A stretch of DNA of 64,000 nt from Terriglobia bacterium (GTDB taxonomy: Bacteria; Acidobacteriota; Terriglobia; Terriglobales; Acidobacteriaceae): positions 63,317 to 127,316 of the forward strand of contig CAVSYI010000008.1 in the NCBI GenBank assembly GCA_963732045.1. Reading direction: 5' to 3'. A program made the position numbers and the translations under genes. Below the pieces are notes generated by a model. The model saw only the letters and a program-made list of their open reading frames with translations, searched no databases and was not told the DNA's origin. Below are positions 20,601 through 29,339 of the stretch, piece after piece (within the stretch, counting starts at the first letter, position 1; the number at the start of each line of letters is the position of its first letter).

Positions 20601-21198
20601 TTACCGCACTCTTCCCATTTTATCCACAGGCCAATACCCGAAAACCGCCTTGCCGTAGATAAATCCAACGTTGACCGGGCCAAAGTCGCGGCTGTCGTTC
20701 GACATGGTGCGATGATCGCCCAGCACGAAGTAGCTGTTAGGCGGTACCACGATCTCTCCATACGACCGCTGATCGGCGTAGGCTGCGGGTACGTAATCTT
20801 CTTCGAGAGCTTCACCGTTGACGAAGACTTCACCCGATTCAATGCGGATCCGGTCGCCCGCCAATGCAATCACCCGCTTGATAAAACTTTTTGAAGGATC
20901 GCGGGGATAGCGGAATACCACAACGTCTCCCCGTTGAATCGATTCCAACCGGTAGACGTATTTGTTGACGAAGATTCGTCTCCTGATCGTCGAGCGAAGG
21001 CATCATGCTAGTGCCTTCGACTTTCACTGGCTGGTAAAGAAAAACAATGATGAACGCGGAGATGGCCAGCGAAATCATCAAGTCGCGCAACCATACCGAA
21101 AGAACCGGCAAGGTGCGGGAGGGAGCAGGAGCGGCTATCTTGTTTGGGCGCGGACGCGATTCCGCGGGACGAGCTTGTTCCGGCATACTGGCTTTCAT
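20601..21198 (-). CDS. lepB: Signal peptidase I, frame-split
   Basis: ORF 20839..21198 (TM, then QPVKVEGTSMMPSL with catalytic Ser) plus ORF 20601..20948 (GDVVVFRYP...FIKRVIALAGD...VLGDHRTMSNDSRDFGPV). 598 nt = 3n+1, junction about 20950. Confidence 0.85.
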
Positions 21199-21244
21199 TA
21201 TAACGGTTTAACTTGCTGTGGTTGTAGATCGCCATCGGTCGTCA

Positions 21245-21610
21245 GTCTTTGGCGGTCGGACACCGTCCGTTAGGTGGTTCGACGGGTACCTGGTGTTGAA
21301 GGCGGGGAGGCAAACTCCGGCTTGGAACTGCATTCGTAACGGCCCCCCGCAGCGCCTGCACTTTGATGGGCTGGGACCGCGATCACAATCGCCGTCCGGT
21401 CGAGGTAGGCAGGGGTCCGGACCAGTGGATACTGCGTTTTCGCGAGTAACCTTATCTCTGGTTACTGTCACACTGACATTGCTCGAAGTAGCACAATCGG
21501 GCCATTCCCTCCATTTCCCAAAGACAGTAGTCTGTTTGTGAGCAGACTTCGGGGGAGGGCTGTTCGACGAGCGTCCCATGACTCTTTGAGTCTGGGACGT
21601 TTTCGTTTTT
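21245..21610 (+). ncRNA. Candidate structured non-coding RNA of unknown class (5' end not defined)
   Basis: 540-bp lepB/lolA divergent spacer with no protein-like ORF. Many nested helices, e.g. gcgggg(21302)..ccccgc(21345), cctgc..gcagg, agtaacc..ggttact, ccctcc..ggaggg. Ends in a canonical intrinsic terminator on the plus strand. Confidence 0.25.
21572..21610 (+). terminator. Rho-independent terminator (plus strand)
   Basis: cgtcccatgactctttgagtctgggacg (7-bp outer plus 4-bp inner stem) followed by ttttcgttttt. No plus-strand gene lies upstream of it. Confidence 0.7.
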
Positions 21611-21619
21611 GGGGAGAAA

Positions 21620-21697
21620 ATCACCACAGAGGACATGGAGGACACCGAGAAAAACTACCTTGTCACCTCTGTGTCCTCCGTTTCCTCTGTGGTTGAT
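21620..21697. repeat. Composite hairpin (ccacagagga/ggaggaca units) upstream of lolA-like gene
   Basis: atcaccacagaggacatggaggacaccgag (21620-21649) versus cacctctgtgtcctccgtttcctctgtggttgat (21664-21697). Confidence 0.55.
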
Positions 21698-21739
21698 TGC
21701 TTTGAACATTTGGGCTGTGATCTACGATAAAGTTAGCTA

Positions 21740-22405
21740 GTGAAAGTCGCGTTCATCATTGCGGTCTCGGTTCTGCTCACCCTAGCGCCAGGGATCGCTG
21801 CAAATCCAAGCCCCGACGTGCACGCCATCGCCCAGGCGGTGGATGACCGCTACAACCATCTGCGAACCTTGCAGGCCGAATTCGTCGAGACTTACGAGGG
21901 TGCCGGTATTGAACGCTCCGAGTCCGGCTCGCTGTGGCTGAAGAAGCCGGGAAAGATGCGTTGGGAGTACCGCACGCCGCGGGAGAAGCTCTTCCTTAGC
22001 GACGGCAAGGATGCCTGGTTTTACACCCCGGGAGATCGTCAGGTGCGGCGCACCTCGGTCAAGAAGCTGGACGATCTGCGCTCTCCTCTGGGATTCCTCC
22101 TGGGTAAGACCCGGCTGGAAAAGGAATTGGACGCCCTGGCCATGGCGCCTGATGTCGCTCCCCTGACCCCGGGCAATACCGTCCTGCGCGGGGTACCGAG
22201 GGCTATGGCGGATCGGATCAATCAAGTTATCCTCGAAATTACGCCCGACTTTCACATTGCACGCATCCAATTTGAAGAGGCGGATGAATCCGTAACCGAG
22301 TACCGCTTCACCGAACAGAAGGAAAATGGGGAAATCGCCGACCAGCGCTTCCGGTTCAACCCTCCGCCCGGAGCTGAGATTATTGATGGCAATTTTGGAC
22401 CATAA
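21740..22405 (+). CDS. LolA-like outer-membrane lipoprotein carrier protein
   Basis: 221 aa, signal peptide, LQAEFVETYEGAGIERSESGSLWLKKPGKMRWEYRTPREKLFLSDGKDAWFYTPGD (LolA family pattern). GTG start. Confidence 0.75.
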   Translation: MKVAFIIAVSVLLTLAPGIAANPSPDVHAIAQAVDDRYNHLRTLQAEFVETYEGAGIERSESGSLWLKKPGKMRWEYRTPREKLFLSDGKDAWFYTPGDRQVRRTSVKKLDDLRSPLGFLLGKTRLEKELDALAMAPDVAPLTPGNTVLRGVPRAMADRINQVILEITPDFHIARIQFEEADESVTEYRFTEQKENGEIADQRFRFNPPPGAEIIDGNFGP

Positions 22406-22572
22406 AAAATAAGTGCAGCATTTTCATATTCGTACGCGCGGTCTTGAAAGAAGCGGATTGGCTTTAGCATCCTTACCAACGGAACCCCGAAGACACACTC
22501 GAAAGGGCATATTAACGCCGGTTTAATGCTTCTGAATGCTAGACTTGGGGTTGTTGGCTGACAGGCTGGGGA

Positions 22573-23778
22573 ATGGCTCAATTTCTGGTAAAGGTCGCGG
22601 ACGATCGTGGTCACCTGGCCCAGCAGGTGGAACATGGTTACTCGGAAGCCGAAGTCCGCGAACGCTTCGTGCAGCAAGGTTACCTGGTTTACTGGGTGAA
22701 ACCCCGAGGCCTGTTTTCAGGCGGTAAGCTGCAATTGAGCGGACGGAAGGTAAAGCAGAGCCAGTTTGTCATCTTTAACCAGCAGTTCCTGACCCTGATC
22801 AAGGCTGGACTGCCGATACTGAATTCGCTGGACCTGCTGATCAAGCGGCAGAAAGACTCGAACTTGCAGTCCTTGCTGCAGAACGTTCGCGAGCGGGTGA
22901 AGAGCGGTGAACTGCTGTCGGATTCTTTCGCCGCCCAAGGAGTGTTTCCGCGAATTTACACCACCACGCTGATGGCGGGCGAAAAGAGCGGCAACATGGA
23001 GGAGGTGCTTGGCCGGTATATCGCGTTTCAGCGACTGGCCCTGACCTTCAAGAAGAAGCTGGCCGTGTCTCTGGTATACCCGGCGCTTCTGGTGACGATG
23101 GTGCTGGTCATGCTTGTGTTTCTGGTGACCTACGTAGTTCCCGAATTTGCGAAGCTCTTTGAAAATCTTAATGCGCAATTGCCTACCATCACGATCATTA
23201 TGCTGGCAGTGGGCACGCGGGCGCAGAAGTACGCTCCCATCATTGCGATCGCGATTGTGGTCATCGGCATTGCGTTCTGGCGCTGGAAGAGCACTGACAG
23301 CGGGGCCGAGCGCATTGACGCTTTTATCCTTAAAATGCCGGGGCTGGGCGACATCTGGCTGAAGTATCAGGTGGCAAATTTTTCCCGCATGCTTTCGACT
23401 TTGCTGGCGGGCGGACTGCCGCTGGTGCCGTCTCTCGAAACCGCAGGCGCTTCGATGAGCAGCCGGCGCATTCTGAACGGAATCTCGGAAGCTGCGGTCC
23501 GGGTGCGCGAGGGCCAGACGCTTTCCGGCAGCCTGGAGCAGCAGAAGATGTTTCCCGATCTCTCGGTGGAGATGATCGAAGTCGGAGAATCTACCGGAGC
23601 TTTGCCGGCCATGCTGAATTCCGTGGCTGAGTTTTATGAAGAGGACGTGCAGACCGCGCTGGGAGCGACCATGGCGCTGATCGAGCCAGTCATTCTCATC
23701 GTGATGGCGGTATTCGTGGGCGGAGTGTTGATTTCGCTTTACCTGCCGATCTTCTCTTTGGGCGCGAATATTCACTGA
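22573..23778 (+). CDS. gspF: Type II secretion / type IV pilus platform protein (GspF/PilC family)
   Basis: 401 aa, two T2SSF repeats (FNQQFLTLIKAGLPILNSL...; FSRMLSTLLAGGLPLVPSL...), three TM segments. Confidence 0.9.
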   Translation: MAQFLVKVADDRGHLAQQVEHGYSEAEVRERFVQQGYLVYWVKPRGLFSGGKLQLSGRKVKQSQFVIFNQQFLTLIKAGLPILNSLDLLIKRQKDSNLQSLLQNVRERVKSGELLSDSFAAQGVFPRIYTTTLMAGEKSGNMEEVLGRYIAFQRLALTFKKKLAVSLVYPALLVTMVLVMLVFLVTYVVPEFAKLFENLNAQLPTITIIMLAVGTRAQKYAPIIAIAIVVIGIAFWRWKSTDSGAERIDAFILKMPGLGDIWLKYQVANFSRMLSTLLAGGLPLVPSLETAGASMSSRRILNGISEAAVRVREGQTLSGSLEQQKMFPDLSVEMIEVGESTGALPAMLNSVAEFYEEDVQTALGATMALIEPVILIVMAVFVGGVLISLYLPIFSLGANIH

Positions 23779-23814
23779 TCGAACAAACATTTGTTCGCAG
23801 GAAGATTTTTAGAA

Positions 23815-25500
23815 ATGGCGAAAATAGCCGAAAGCAAACCGATTGTCGCACACGCAGGAAACGGCGGAGCCCGTGTCGCGCCCGCTCCTCACGTGGACGA
23901 CCTCGCCCGTGCCCAGGACATTGCCCGCCGTTATCGCTGCGAGTTCATCGACCTGCACAACTTCCAGCTTCATCACGATCTGTTCAAGAAGATCCCCGTC
24001 GACCTGATGTTCCGTTATAACTTCGTCCCACTGGAAGAGACCGAGGACGGGCGCCTGGCCATCGCGATCGCCGATCCCAGCCAGCTGATGATGATCGATG
24101 AGATCAGCCTGCTGCTGAGCAAGCGCATCCTTACCAAGGTTTCTACACTGGCGCAGATCACCGAGATTCTCAAGAAAACGGAACAGTCGAAGCGCGTTCT
24201 GGAGGAAGCCAGCGAAGGCTTCACACTGGCAGTGGTTTCTGATGAAGAGGCTGGCGGCGCCGAAGACAGCATCTCAATCGATCGTCTGACCGCTCAAGGC
24301 GACATCAGTCCGATCATTCGCCTGGTGGACACCACCATCTTCACCGCTCTGCAGCGCCGGGCCAGCGACATTCATATCGAGACTCGGGACGATTCGGTTT
24401 GCATCAAGTTCCGCATCGACGGCGTGCTCACGCAGGCCATGCCGCCCATCGGCAAGGAACACCACTCCACCATCATTTCGCGTATCAAGGTGATGAGCGA
24501 GCTCGACATTTCCGAGCGCCGCGTGCCGCAGGACGGCCGCTTCCGGGTGAAGTACGGTAATCCGGAACGCCCTATCGATTTCCGCGTTTCGATCATGCCG
24601 TCGATTCACGGCGAAGACGCTGTGCTCCGCGTCCTCGACAAAGAGTCGATGAGCGAGAAGTTTCACAAGCTGGTGCTCGACGTCGTCGGCTTCGATCCCG
24701 ATGACCTGAAAAAATTCCGGCGTTACATCGCCGAGCCTTACGGGATGGTGCTGGTAACGGGACCGACCGGAAGCGGCAAGACCACAACGCTATACGCTGC
24801 GGTCAGCGAGATCCGTACCGAAGAAGACAAGATCATCACCATTGAAGATCCGGTCGAATATCAGATTCGCGGCATTACGCAGATTCCGGTCAACGAGAAA
24901 AAGGGTCTGACATTTGCGCGTGGACTGCGTTCAATTCTCCGCCACGATCCCGACAAGATCATGGTCGGCGAAATCCGCGACACCGAGACGGCGCAGATCG
25001 CCATTCAGTCGGCGCTTACCGGGCATCTGGTGTTCACAACCGTCCACGCCAACAACGTTGTCGACGTCATCGGCCGCTTCCTGAATATGGGCGTCGAGCC
25101 TTACAACTTTGTTTCCGCACTGAATTGCATTCTGGCGCAGCGCCTCGTCCGGCTGATCTGTGAATCTTGCCGGACGGTTGTGCACTACCCTTCCGAAGTC
25201 CTGGAAGCCAGTGGACTCGATCCGGGACAGTGGTCGCAGGTCGCGTTTTACGAAGGCCAGGGCTGCATCGAGTGTGCTGGCACCGGGTTCAGGGGACGGA
25301 CGGCCATCCACGAACTGCTCGACCTCAGCGACCGCATCCGCGAGATGATTCTGGTGAAGAAGCCGACTTCTGAAATCCGGCGCGCCGCCCGCGAGGAGGG
25401 CATGCGCTTCCTGCGCGAGTCAGCCCTCGACAAGGTCAGGCTGGGCATGACCACGCTGAAGGAAATCAATAAAGTCACGTTCATCGAAAATATGCGGTGA
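23815..25500 (+). CDS. gspE: Type II secretion / type IV pilus assembly ATPase (GspE/PilB family)
   Basis: ORF 23791..25500 (TTG). ATG at 23815 (MAKIAESK) preferred. Walker A GPTGSGKTTT, RSILRHDPDKIMVGEIRD, TGHLVFTTVHAN, tetra-Cys CESC...CIEC. Confidence 0.9.
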   Translation: MAKIAESKPIVAHAGNGGARVAPAPHVDDLARAQDIARRYRCEFIDLHNFQLHHDLFKKIPVDLMFRYNFVPLEETEDGRLAIAIADPSQLMMIDEISLLLSKRILTKVSTLAQITEILKKTEQSKRVLEEASEGFTLAVVSDEEAGGAEDSISIDRLTAQGDISPIIRLVDTTIFTALQRRASDIHIETRDDSVCIKFRIDGVLTQAMPPIGKEHHSTIISRIKVMSELDISERRVPQDGRFRVKYGNPERPIDFRVSIMPSIHGEDAVLRVLDKESMSEKFHKLVLDVVGFDPDDLKKFRRYIAEPYGMVLVTGPTGSGKTTTLYAAVSEIRTEEDKIITIEDPVEYQIRGITQIPVNEKKGLTFARGLRSILRHDPDKIMVGEIRDTETAQIAIQSALTGHLVFTTVHANNVVDVIGRFLNMGVEPYNFVSALNCILAQRLVRLICESCRTVVHYPSEVLEASGLDPGQWSQVAFYEGQGCIECAGTGFRGRTAIHELLDLSDRIREMILVKKPTSEIRRAAREEGMRFLRESALDKVRLGMTTLKEINKVTFIENMR

Positions 25501-25502
25501 GG

Positions 25503-25594
25503 CAGTCGTCAGTCTTCGGTCGTCGGTCTTCAGCAAATCCCTGATAGACGGTTCCGTGGTTGGCTGACGACTGACGACCGAAGACTGACGACTG
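25503..25594. repeat. Composite hairpin (cgtcagt/cggtcgt units) starting 3 nt after gspE stop
   Basis: cagtcgtcagtcttcggtcgtcggtcttcagc (25503-25534) versus gctgacgactgacgaccgaagactgacgactg (25563-25594). The outermost 22 nt of each arm (5' end of the left, 3' end of the right) are perfectly complementary. Confidence 0.65.
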
Positions 25595-25669
25595 AACTGG
25601 TACAGTGCCCTTCCGGCTATTGCAATTCAAGGCTCAACCGCGTTTTACTTGTAGGATCACTTCATACCC

Positions 25670-26570
25670 ATGAGTCGTGTACCTAATTCCGGATCCAGGC
25701 CGAAGCTGGCCTGCGAAATCTCTGCCGACCGCGTATTAGTGGGCCGGGTTTCCGAAAATGGTGGACGTGTGCTGGAGGCGTGCGCGTCGAGCGATCTGGC
25801 CTCCGGCAGCGTCGTCCCTGACCTCATCGAAATGAATTTGCGACAACCGGAATTGGTCTATGAAGCGATTCGCGACACCCTGGGCAGTATCGGCGGACGT
25901 TCTCGTGATGTGATTGCAGTGCTGCCGGACGCTGCGGTGCGCGTAGTCCTGCTTGACTTCGAGACTCTGCCCTCCAAACGGGACGAGGTCGAGGGCGTAG
26001 TCCGCTTCCGGCTTGAAGAAGTCGTTACCGTTTGACGTGGACAAAGCCAAAGTCTCCTATCATGTGCAGCCCACCAGAACAGGTGTCCGGGTGATCGCGG
26101 CGGTGGCGCTGGCCAATGTGGTTGAGGATTATGAAGCTGTGTTCCGTCAGGCCGGTTACCAACCCGGAGTCGTAATGCCATCGATGTTAGCTGCCCTGGG
26201 CGCGGCGAATGCGCCGCAGCCTGCGCTGGTCATCAAGGTGGACGCACGCACCACCAGCATCGCAATCCTGGACGGCCAGCAGCTTTTGCTGTTTCGCACT
26301 CTGGAAAACACTCGTGGCGTGAACATCAGCGGAGAACAACTGGCGGAAGAGGTTTATCCGTCGGTAGTATTCTTTCAGGACACATATCAACTCAATATCG
26401 GCCAGATTTTTGTGGCCGGGCTGCCCGAATCTGGCGGCGCTTTCCCTGCTCTGCGCGCTCAGACTGGCGCTGAAGTCAGGGACCTGGTATCGCCGTCACA
26501 ACTGGGTGGCAGCGTAGGTTCGATTCCCCAGTGGAGAATGGCCGGAGTCGTAGGAGCATTGCTTTCCTGA
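25670..26570 (+). CDS. pilM: PilM/GspL-like actin-fold assembly protein, frame-split
   Basis: ORF 25670..26035 (...AVLPDAAVRVVLLDFETLPSKRDEVEGVVRFRL) plus ORF 26013..26570 (KKSLPFDVDKAKVSY...ALVIKVDARTTSIAILDGQQLLLFRTL). 901 nt = 3n+1, junction about 26015. Confidence 0.75.
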
Positions 26571-26571
26571 A

Positions 26572-27168
26572 ATGCGCATTGACATCAATCTCGCCAGCCA
26601 TCCTTACGAAGACGCAGGCCCGTTGTGGCTGCGTTGGGGCGGAGCCTTGGCTGCGGTTGCTGTTCTGACGTTGATCCTGCTGTACAGTGCGCTCTCGGGA
26701 TGGGCTTCCGCGCGTAGCGATCGCAATCTGATTGAGCAGCGGGAACAACAGATTGCCGCACGCGACCAGCAGAAAGTTAAAGCCGAAGAGACCCTTAACC
26801 TGCCGGCCAATCGCGGTACCCGCGACCGCGCCCAGTTTCTGAACGATCTGTTCCTGCGCAAAGCGTTTTCCTGGACGAAGCTGTTCGAAGACATGGAGCG
26901 GGTCATGCCTCCCCGGCTGCACGTGGTTTCGATTCGTCCCGAAAGAACTTTGGACAACCAGTTGGAAATCAAGATCGTGGTCGCTGGGGAATCGCGCGAC
27001 CGCGCCATCGAGTTAGTGAAAAAGATGGAAAGCTCACAACGGTTTCAGCAGACCCAGATCGAGCAGGAATCGAGCGGCACTGGCCAGACACCCGGCGACA
27101 ATGTGCAATTTGACATCAGCACCATGTACGTGCCGGACATCGACACCGAAAAGCGGGGTGCTCAATGA
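26572..27168 (+). CDS. pilN: PilN-like fimbrial assembly protein
   Basis: 198 aa. MRIDINLASHPYED, single TM, coiled coil, position after pilM. Confidence 0.7.
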   Translation: MRIDINLASHPYEDAGPLWLRWGGALAAVAVLTLILLYSALSGWASARSDRNLIEQREQQIAARDQQKVKAEETLNLPANRGTRDRAQFLNDLFLRKAFSWTKLFEDMERVMPPRLHVVSIRPERTLDNQLEIKIVVAGESRDRAIELVKKMESSQRFQQTQIEQESSGTGQTPGDNVQFDISTMYVPDIDTEKRGAQ

Positions 27169-27707
27169 TGCCCGACGCTCTGGCGATGCGGAACAAGATA
27201 AAGATTGCCATTGCAGCGTTGCTGGTGGTGGATATCATCGCCGTGGTTCTCCTGTTTTCCCCGCTGGTTGGGTCCGAGCGGTCGCGTCGCGAGCAACTGG
27301 ACCTGTTATGGCAGGAGTTGCAGCGCAAGACCCACGAGGCTGAGCCACTCAAGAACGTAGACAAGAAAATCGCGGTCGCGAGCCAGCAGGTTGACGAATT
27401 TTATAAAAACCGCCTGCCAACACAAGACTCCGCAATTTACGATGAACTGGGCAAGGTGGCGAAGCAGAGTGGAGTAAAGATCGGACAGATCCGCTCTAAA
27501 GGAAAAGACTCGGACGCGGTCGGTCTCCGCCCGGTGGAGATTCAGGCGGATTTTTCCGGCGATTATCTGCAACTGGTCCGCTTCATCAACTCGCTGGAGC
27601 GCGATCCTCTTTTCTTTATTATTGACAGTGTGGAACTGGGTGGCGAGCAGGGCGGCGTGGTCAAGCTGCAATTGAAACTGGAAACGTATCAGAAGGCGAG
27701 CATCTGA
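27165..27707 (+). CDS. pilO: PilO-like pilus assembly protein
   Basis: 180 aa. N-terminal TM, coiled coil, C-terminal ferredoxin-like pattern (VEIQADFSGDYLQLVRFINSLERDPLFFIIDSVEL). ATGA overlap with pilN. Confidence 0.65.
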   Translation: MMPDALAMRNKIKIAIAALLVVDIIAVVLLFSPLVGSERSRREQLDLLWQELQRKTHEAEPLKNVDKKIAVASQQVDEFYKNRLPTQDSAIYDELGKVAKQSGVKIGQIRSKGKDSDAVGLRPVEIQADFSGDYLQLVRFINSLERDPLFFIIDSVELGGEQGGVVKLQLKLETYQKASI

Positions 27708-28306
27708 TGCAGTTGGGAACGGAAGACCGGAAGAAAACGATTGCAGCCGTCGCACTGGCCGTATTGGCCCTGGTGCTGGTAGTGATGCGTTTTATTCCCG
27801 GTTCGCCCGCATCCGCCAAAGCCCCGACTCCGGCCGTGGTGCCCGAGGTGGCATCCCGCCCGGTACGCTCCGCACGGACCACGGGCACCAGAACCGGAGC
27901 AAAGAAAAAAGCTCTCAGCACCGCACCCCGCTCACTCGATCCGACGCTTCGCTATGACTGGCTTAAGGCCAGCGAGGACACCAAGTACTCAGGCACGGGA
28001 CGAAACATCTTCCGCGCGGAAGTCGAGATTCCGAAACCGATCGTGTCGGTCATGAAAAAGCCGGTGGTTCAGGTGCCGCAGGGACCGCCTCCGCCCCCAC
28101 CCATCAATCTCAAGTTTTTCGGCTTTGCCAACAAACCCGGAGAAGCCAAAAAGATCTTCCTGTCGCAGGGAGAGGACGTGTTCATCGCCGGAGAAGGCGA
28201 CATCATCGATCGCCGTTACAGGATTCTCCACATCACGCCGGTCTCGGTGGAAGTGGAAGATGTGCTGAACAATAACCGGCAGAGTATTCCGTTGACGCCG
28301 GGCTAA
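27707..28306 (+). CDS. PilP/GspC-like periplasmic component (Pro-rich linker plus small beta domain)
   Basis: 199 aa. TM, PPPPPP tract, C-terminal KFFGFANKPGEAKKIFLSQGEDVFIAGEGDIIDRRYRILHITPVSVEVEDV. Start overlaps pilO stop. Confidence 0.4.
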   Translation: MQLGTEDRKKTIAAVALAVLALVLVVMRFIPGSPASAKAPTPAVVPEVASRPVRSARTTGTRTGAKKKALSTAPRSLDPTLRYDWLKASEDTKYSGTGRNIFRAEVEIPKPIVSVMKKPVVQVPQGPPPPPPINLKFFGFANKPGEAKKIFLSQGEDVFIAGEGDIIDRRYRILHITPVSVEVEDVLNNNRQSIPLTPG

Positions 28307-28309
28307 ACT

Positions 28310-28397
28310 CGTCGTTGGTCCTTGGTCGTTGGCCTTTGGCCGTTCGGCTTTGGCTTTTCGTCTTTGGCCAACGACCAAAGGCCAAGGACCAACGACG
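28310..28397. repeat. Composite hairpin (ttggtcc/ttggcc units) starting 4 nt after stop at 28306
   Basis: cgtcgttggtccttggtcgttggcctttggcc (from 28310) versus ggccaacgaccaaaggccaaggaccaacgacg (to 28397). The 7-nt units are permuted between arms. Confidence 0.6.
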
Positions 28398-28410
28398 CTT
28401 TTGAACTCTT

Positions 28411-29334
28411 ATGTCCTTGCGCATCCCAGGATTCCCGTTTCCGCCGCCGTTCCGAACAAGGTTACATCCTGCTCATGCTGATGCTGTTCGTGACCCTGCT
28501 GGCGATCGCCGCCGGCGCGGTCGCTCCCACCATTGCCTTTCGGGTGAAGCGCGATCGCGAAGAGGAGATGATCCATCGCGGGAACGCAGTATTCGCGGGC
28601 GATTCGCGCTACGTGAAGAAAACCGGCCGTTACCCCACCCGCCTCGAAGACCTGGAAAATACCAACAACATTCGCTTCCTGCGGAAGCGCTACAAAGATC
28701 CCGTCACCGGCAAGGATTTCAAATTGCTGCACGTCGGAGAAGTGCAGACTGACGAGCACGCCGGGAATAGCCGGAGCGCAGCCGGTCGGGGCGCCAACGG
28801 CGGCGCCAGGCTGGTGGAGCGGCCTTCTGGGAGCGGCAGGCACCATGCTGGCACGGCCGCCGACGCAGTCCGGGATGGGTGCGACCTGGCTCCGACGCTT
28901 CTGAATCCGGACGCGTCAGCCGACTCGGGCGCGGACGCAACCTCCGATAAGCCGGATTCGCCGGATGCCTCCAAGTCCGACTCGGCATCCCGGCGGGCGG
29001 GATTGGCAGCGCTCAGTTCTCCAGCGCGGTTTTTGGCGGCGGCCCTATCGTCGGCGTGGCCAGCATCAGCAAGGCAACGACGATTCGCGAGTTCAATCAC
29101 AAGAACCACTACAACCAGTGGCAGTTCATCTACGACCCAACCATGGACCGCGGCGGCCTGATCACGACGCCAGCGCAGCCTGCCGTTGCAAACGGCAGCT
29201 CCGCTGCAGCAGCAGAATTCGTCCAGTCCCAATTCACCCGGAACGCAGAGCTCGTTTGGCGGGATGCAGAGTACGCCGCCGGCGCAACTCCACACAGCAG
29301 CCACAGTAAGAACCAGGGGAGTCGATCGGGATAG
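28411..29334 (+). CDS. Pseudopilin-like (GspG-type) protein with atypical N-terminus; several frame changes, 3' end uncertain
   Basis: ATG 28411 (MSLRIP...), then the frame of ORF 28322..29161 (RRRSEQGYILLMLMLFVTLLAIAAGAV...KKTGRYPTRLEDLENTNNIRFLRKRYKDPVTGKDFKLLHVGEVQ), then ORF 29056..29334 (GGPIVGVASISKATTIREFNHKNHYNQWQFIYDP). Confidence 0.5.
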
Positions 29335-29339
29335 ATTTG

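Noticed and set aside
21245-21610. tmRNA or RNase P RNA identity for the lepB/lolA spacer RNA candidate.
   Set aside because: The GGTTCGACGGG motif is present, but there is no tag ORF ending in ...ALAA-stop. There is no tRNA-like 3' end (T-arm plus ...CTCCACCA). There is no GGAAAGTCCGG or ACAGAAnCCGGCTTA (the RNase P P4 strands) on either strand. The class is left open.
9204-28397. CRISPR array interpretation of the short tandem units in the composite hairpins.
   Set aside because: The units are 7-10 nt, directly abutting and degenerate, and they are mirrored by a complementary arm. There are no 25-40-nt repeats separated by unique spacers, and no cas genes.
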